DNA of 64,000 nucleotides from a plasmid: sequence record NZ_CP084508.1; one strand, 5' to 3'. Shown piece by piece: positions 62,569 to 64,000 of this stretch (position 1 is its first letter; each line of letters starts with the position of its first letter). The notes under the pieces were generated by a model. It saw only the letters and a program-made list of their open reading frames with translations, ran no database searches and was not told where the DNA came from. The position numbers and the translations under genes were made by a program.

Positions 62569-63640
62569 TTGATGGCGTTGTTGAATAAATCAGGTTTCGG
62601 GCAAGGATCCCCGTAGCGGGTTGTGTTTTCAGGTAATATGAACGCTTTCTGGCATACCTGCCCTCGTCATTTTGTTCAGTGCACGCACCATGGCCATAGC
62701 CTCCGCAACCTGTCCATCATAATCACGCAGCGTCAATGAATCTCCGAATAGCTATTTCACCCTGTACATCGCCGTTTCCGCTATCGAGTGACGTTTGTAA
62801 TCTGTTGTCCATTTCCACCGGGCATTACTCCCGCTCAGATGCGGATTAGCCACAGCACGGTTGCAGTCTGCATATTCTCCGGGCCAGTAACCGGCCCCCT
62901 TTCGGGGAGGGATGAGGGCACTAATTTTCTTTCGGCGCAGTTCATCGTGACATAACCGTGTGTCGTAAGCTCCGTCTGTAGCCGCTGACCTGATTTTTCT
63001 GTGTGTCTGCCGGATTAGCCCGGGAAAGGCCTCTGCGTCCGTGACATTGTTCAGTGAAAGGTCTGCGCAGATTATTTCATGTGTTTTAGCATCGACTGCA
63101 AGGTGCAGTTTTCGCCAGATGCGACGACGTTCTTTACCCTGTTTTTTGACTTTCCATTCACCCTCACCGAAGACTTTCAGTCCTGTTGAATCAATCACCA
63201 GATGGGCTATCTCACCCCGGGAGGGGGCTTTAAAACTGATGTCAACTGACTTTATCCGCTTGCTAACGCTGGTGTAATCATCTGGGCAGCGCAGCGGAAC
63301 GTCCATCAGCGTAAAAATGGAATCAATAAAGCCCTGTGCGGCGCGTAGGGTGAGGCAGAATACGCGTTTAATCACGAGGACGATCGTGATGGCAAGGTCA
63401 GAATAGCGCAGAGGCCTTCCCCGGGATGAAGGCGTTGCTGACTCATACCAGGCCTGAATAGCCTCATCGTCCAGCCAGAAAGTGAGGGAGCCACGGTTGA
63501 TGAGGGCCTTGTTGTAGGTCTTCCAATTGATGATTTTAAATTTTTGTTTTGCCACGGCATCGTCTGCGTTGTTGGGAGGAGCTGAGCTCTGATCCTTCAA
63601 CACAGCAAAAGTTCGATTTATTCAACAACGCCCGTTTTTC
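62569..63640 (-). mobile_element. IS903-like element (IS5 family), near-intact with inverted repeats
   Basis: Inverted repeat GGCGTTGTTGAATAAATCAGGTTTCGGG at 62569-62597 and its inverse at about 63618-63636. Transposase ORF 62752..63603 is colinear with IS903 through …AETAMYRVK. It then reads TAG where IS903 has CAG (…VK*LFG). The remaining IS903 C-terminal codons follow in frame. Confidence 0.85.
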
Positions 63641-64000
63641 GCGTGATGTGACTCCCGATATCGAGTGGCTTCTGAAACAGGGGCGCCAGCTGAGCGTCAG
63701 CGCGAAGCTGACCAGTAAGCTGAATTACCTCTGGCGCTCCTGCACCGGCGAGCTGTCTGAACAGAGCGACCTGTTCCGGTTAACATATGCCCTGGAAACC
63801 GCGCAAGACATGAGCTGGAATTACCGCCTGTTAAGCGATCGGGAATGGTCAGGTCGGTATGCCGTTGCGTTGAACGCTGGCGTGAACGGCATTTATCTCT
63901 CACGGACTAACCTCGACGCGGCATTTGACGATGATGGGCGACAGATAAATCCGCTGCTGACGCGCCTGACTGGTAATGTTGGGGGCGTGGTAAAGCTGTT
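63637..64000 (+). CDS. partial ORF of unknown function, 5' end interrupted by the IS903-like element and running off the window
   Basis: Open frame from the IS boundary to the window end (…DIEWLLKQGRQLSVSAKLTSKLNYLWRSCTGELSEQSDLFRLTYALE…). No family recognised. Confidence 0.25.

Overview
The window looks like part of a mosaic enterobacterial plasmid or plasmid-like accessory region, with the blocks below from start to end. All protein calls rest on motif and sequence recognition without database searches.

- **1–9.4 kb, toxin-antitoxin / defence patch.**
  - MazE/MazF-like pair.
  - MBL-fold hydrolase with a small membrane protein.
  - Frameshifted solo IS605-type tnpB.
  - VapB/VapC pair.
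  - RES-domain toxin gene convergent with an Xre/DUF2384 antitoxin gene, sharing a hairpin terminator.
  - DUF3800 gene.
- **9.4–18.9 kb, type I-E CRISPR-Cas.**
  - Complete locus in the order cas3-cse1-cse2-cas7e-cas5e-cas6e-cas1-cas2, with a 16-repeat array; all on the minus strand.
  - cas1 carries a frameshift in a G5 homopolymer run.
- **18.9–24.3 kb, P1-type plasmid maintenance.**
  - parS-like repeats.
  - parB and parA.
  - Operator-like palindrome.
  - About 9 iterons ahead of a Rep_3-family repA.
  - A tyrosine recombinase (resolvase) that appears frameshifted.
- **24.3–29.6 kb, decayed IS elements.**
  - IS5-family, IS481-like, IS110 and IS630 fragments.
  - Together they flank an AT-rich long AraC-family regulator gene.
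- **29.9–37.5 kb, K88/F4-like (fae-like) chaperone-usher fimbrial operon.**
  - Gene order: PapB-like regulator, FaeC-like subunit, usher, chaperone, FaeF-like subunit, then three paralogous ~260-aa subunits.
- **37.6–40.5 kb.**
  - An atypical LuxR-type small regulator.
  - A prolyl oligopeptidase (S9A) with a twin-arginine signal.
- **40.5–42.5 kb.**
  - IS110 C-terminal fragment.
  - Decayed IS903-like element.
- **43.0–48.7 kb, class-5 (CS1/CFA-I-like) fimbrial operon.**
  - Very AT-rich.
  - Gene order: CooB-like chaperone, major pilin, usher, tip adhesin.
  - A second LuxR-type regulator follows the operon.
- **48.7–64 kb, IS-rich mosaic.**
  - A small membrane protein gene.
  - IS3-family element interrupted by a group II intron remnant.
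  - IS630 fragment.
  - AT-rich anion-transporter-like gene.
  - Second group II intron reverse-transcriptase remnant.
  - Second IS630 copy.
  - Third parS-like repeat.
  - Nested IS3/IS110 fragments.
  - A paralogous AraC regulator.
  - Near-intact IS903-like element whose transposase has a nonsense mutation.
  - An interrupted partial ORF at the window edge.

The strongest candidates for something undescribed are:
- The convergent RES / Xre-DUF2384 pair next to the DUF3800 gene, both preceded by a shared 16-mer and lying beside the CRISPR trailer.
- The two fimbrial operons, each paired with a long AraC-type regulator and a ~200-aa LuxR-type regulator.
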